Assembly (NCBI GenBank): GCA_965225945.1
Contig: CBDDBZ010000021.1
Coordinates: 32,001 to 96,000 of the forward strand
Direction of reading: 5' to 3'
DNA from: Alphaproteobacteria bacterium
Lineage (GTDB): Bacteria > Pseudomonadota > Alphaproteobacteria > GCA-2731375
Length of the DNA: 64,000 bases
Part shown: in pieces, positions 62,016 to 64,000 of the stretch
Numbering within the stretch: position 1 is the first letter of the stretch
Layout: every line of letters starts with the position of its first letter
The notes under the pieces: generated by a model
Seen by the model: the letters and a program-made list of their open reading frames with translations, nothing else
Told to the model about the DNA's origin: nothing
Databases searched by the model: none
Program-made: the position numbers and the translations under genes

Positions 62016-62123
62016 CGGCGAGCTCCCGGCGGTCGGCGATACTCGGGACTATGCGGCGGCCGGTGGCCGAGGGCAATATGTGGCACCCGTGCGAACCGCC
62101 GCCGAGTTGGAGCATCCCCGTTC

Positions 62124-63005
62124 ATGTCCGCCACGCATCCGCGACGCCTGCACGTCTACGACGGTCCGCTCGTCGAGGGAAAACGCTGGGACCACTACGT
62201 CGCCCGCGACGACGACATCTTCATCTGCACCCCGCCCAAGTGTGGCACCACCTGGATCCAGGCGATCTGCGCCCTGCTGATCTTCGGCCGGCCCGATTTG
62301 GCCGTGAAGCCGGGCGTCGTCTCGCCCTGGATCGACACGAACCTGACGGTGCTGGAGGATACCCTGGCGATGCTGGAGGCGCAGACCCATCGCCGCTTCA
62401 TCAAGACCCACACGCCGCTCGACGGCATCCCGTTCCTCGCGGGCCACGTCTATCTCACGGTCTACCGCGATCCGCGCGACGTCTTCCTCTCCTGGCGGGC
62501 GCACGCCGGCAACCTGAAGAGCGGAATTACCGACAACCGCCTGGCGCTGGACGTGAACGAGGGCTTCCGCCAATGGTGCCGGGCGCCGTTCACGCCCCCC
62601 GCCGCCGAGGGATTTTGCCTGGCGCGGATCGTCCATCACTATCGAGGCTTCAAGGCCTTCGCGCATCTCGACGAGATCCACTTCCTCCACTACGCCGACA
62701 TGAAGCGGGACTTGCCGGGGGCGATGGCGCGGATCGCCCGCATCCTCGGCCTCGACGTGGGGGAGGCGTTGCTGGGCGAGCTGGCGGCCGCGGCCGGTTT
62801 CGACAACATGAAACGCAACGCGGAACAGTTCGTGCCGGATGCCGGCCGTCTCGAATGGCGCAGCACGGACGCGTTCTTCGCCAGCGGCGCCAACGCGCAA
62901 TGGCGCGAGGTCCTGCGCGCCGAGGATCTCGACCTCTATGACGCGCGAATGCGCGAGCTGTTGCCGGGCGACGAGATCGCCTGGCTACAGGCGGGCGAGG
63001 GTTGA
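62124..63005 (+). CDS. PAPS-dependent sulfotransferase domain protein
   Basis: DDIFICTPPKCGTTW, RRFIKTHTP, YRDPRD and LHYADMK motifs. Confidence 0.92.
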   Translation: MSATHPRRLHVYDGPLVEGKRWDHYVARDDDIFICTPPKCGTTWIQAICALLIFGRPDLAVKPGVVSPWIDTNLTVLEDTLAMLEAQTHRRFIKTHTPLDGIPFLAGHVYLTVYRDPRDVFLSWRAHAGNLKSGITDNRLALDVNEGFRQWCRAPFTPPAAEGFCLARIVHHYRGFKAFAHLDEIHFLHYADMKRDLPGAMARIARILGLDVGEALLGELAAAAGFDNMKRNAEQFVPDAGRLEWRSTDAFFASGANAQWREVLRAEDLDLYDARMRELLPGDEIAWLQAGEG

Positions 63006-63061
63006 AGGCCGGGTCGCGGCGGCGTGGAACGATCGGCGTTCGCACAGCACCGGGGGAGCCC

Positions 63062-63277
63062 ATGCCGTCAGCCAAAACCTCCGTCGAGACGACCCGCGAT
63101 TGCCTCGACGTCATCGATCGTCCGAATCCCGAATTCAACGCCTTCATCACGGTGATAGCGGAGCAGCCGCTCGCCGAGGCCGAGGCGATCGCGGCCCGCA
63201 CCCTCATACCGGCCCTCGCCGCGCGCACGGTGTCTCCGAGGGCCGAGGCGGTGGTGGCGCGGGCCGGCATTCGCTAA
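63062..63277 (+). pseudogene. Amidase N-terminal remnant
   Basis: TSVETTRDCLDVIDRPNPEFNAFITVIAEQPLAEAEA, then ARTLIPALAARTVSP; no catalytic core. Confidence 0.55.
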
Positions 63278-63307
63278 GCTCGATGTCCGATTCTCGACGA
63301 CGGGGCC

Positions 63308-63694
63308 ATGCCCATGAGCCAACGCCTCACGATCGCGCTGCTGGACGAAATCCAGGACGGCTTCAATGCCCATGACGTCGAGGCCATCCTCTCCCACTTC
63401 ACCGACGATTGCGTTTGGCTGATGGCGCGCGGGCCGAGGGCGCCGGAGGGGCGGCGCTGTCGGGGCAGGAGTGAAATCGGCGAGGTTCTCCGCGCGCGCT
63501 ACCATGAGATCCCGGACATGCGCTGGGAAGAGATGCGCCACTGGATCGTCGACGACACCAAGGCGCTGTCCGAATGGGTGGTCCGCGGCACGCCCCGGGA
63601 CGGCCCAGCCTTCGAATACCTCGGCTGCGATCTCTGGGAGTTTCGCGACGACCTTGTCGCCAAGAAAGACACCTATTGGAAGTTCATCGCCTGA
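63308..63694 (+). CDS. NTF2/SnoaL-like protein
   Basis: FNAHDVEAILSHFTDDC...GCDLWEFRDDLVAKKDTYWK. Confidence 0.88.
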   Translation: MPMSQRLTIALLDEIQDGFNAHDVEAILSHFTDDCVWLMARGPRAPEGRRCRGRSEIGEVLRARYHEIPDMRWEEMRHWIVDDTKALSEWVVRGTPRDGPAFEYLGCDLWEFRDDLVAKKDTYWKFIA

Positions 63695-63725
63695 GGCCCC
63701 GGGGCCGGGCGAGGGGGAGGGTATC

Positions 63726-64000
63726 ATGCGTGTGGCGATGATCGGCGGCGGCATGATCAGTGACGTGCACCTGAAGGCGCTCGCGGCCCACCGCCATGTC
63801 GACCTCGCCTGTCTGGTGGAGCCGAACCCAACGGTCCGCGAGGCCCAGGCGGCCAAGTACGGGATCGCGCGCGGCTGCGCCGATCATCGCGAGGTGTTGG
63901 AGGATCCGAGCATCGAGGCCGTCGACGTCGCGGTGCCGCACTACCTCCACTGTCCGATCACGCTCGATGCGCTGGCGGCCGGCAAGCACGTGATCTGCGA
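63726..64000 (+). CDS. Gfo/Idh/MocA oxidoreductase, 3' truncated by window edge
   Basis: MRVAMIGGGMIS...VAVPHYLH...ALAAGKHVIC. Confidence 0.88.
   Translation, partial: MRVAMIGGGMISDVHLKALAAHRHVDLACLVEPNPTVREAQAAKYGIARGCADHREVLEDPSIEAVDVAVPHYLHCPITLDALAAGKHVIC

Noticed and set aside
59643-63005. 1120-aa ORF
   Set aside because: It is an off-frame GC-rich read-through over gpt and the MFS gene; only the sulfotransferase from 62124 has motifs.

Overview
This is a high-GC alphaproteobacterial chromosomal window, Rhodospirillales-like by gene content (inference). Core genes are rpsD, trmJ, acs, the rplU-rpmA-obgE-proB-proA-nadD-rsfS-rlmH run, gpt and tRNA-Gln(TTG). Metabolic content includes an alternative heme-copper oxidase operon (coxMNOP-like plus subunit IV), three LLM-family oxidoreductases, 2OG dioxygenases, sulfotransferases and a 2509-aa LapA/RTX-type adhesin with 828-bp internal repeats. 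Mobile and decay features are an IS1182 inserted in a membrane methyltransferase gene, IS5 and IS630 relics, a RelE/ParE toxin-antitoxin pair, a phage-like relic island and many gene fragments. The most notable observations are: (1) a 17-bp tandem array over the rpsD start that encodes chained MTTRRT-stop mini-ORFs and leaves S4 without an uninterrupted full-length frame; (2) a GrdB-like selenoprotein (UxxC motif, SECIS-like hairpin) between an LLM oxidoreductase and a stand-alone class III cyclase; (3) a P1 C4-type antisense switch controlling an orphan ORF; and (4) a signal-peptide-bearing isoaspartyl methyltransferase paired with a polytopic membrane SAM-domain protein. All calls come from reading motifs by eye; no database searches were run, and assembly artefacts cannot be excluded for the repeats and frameshifts.
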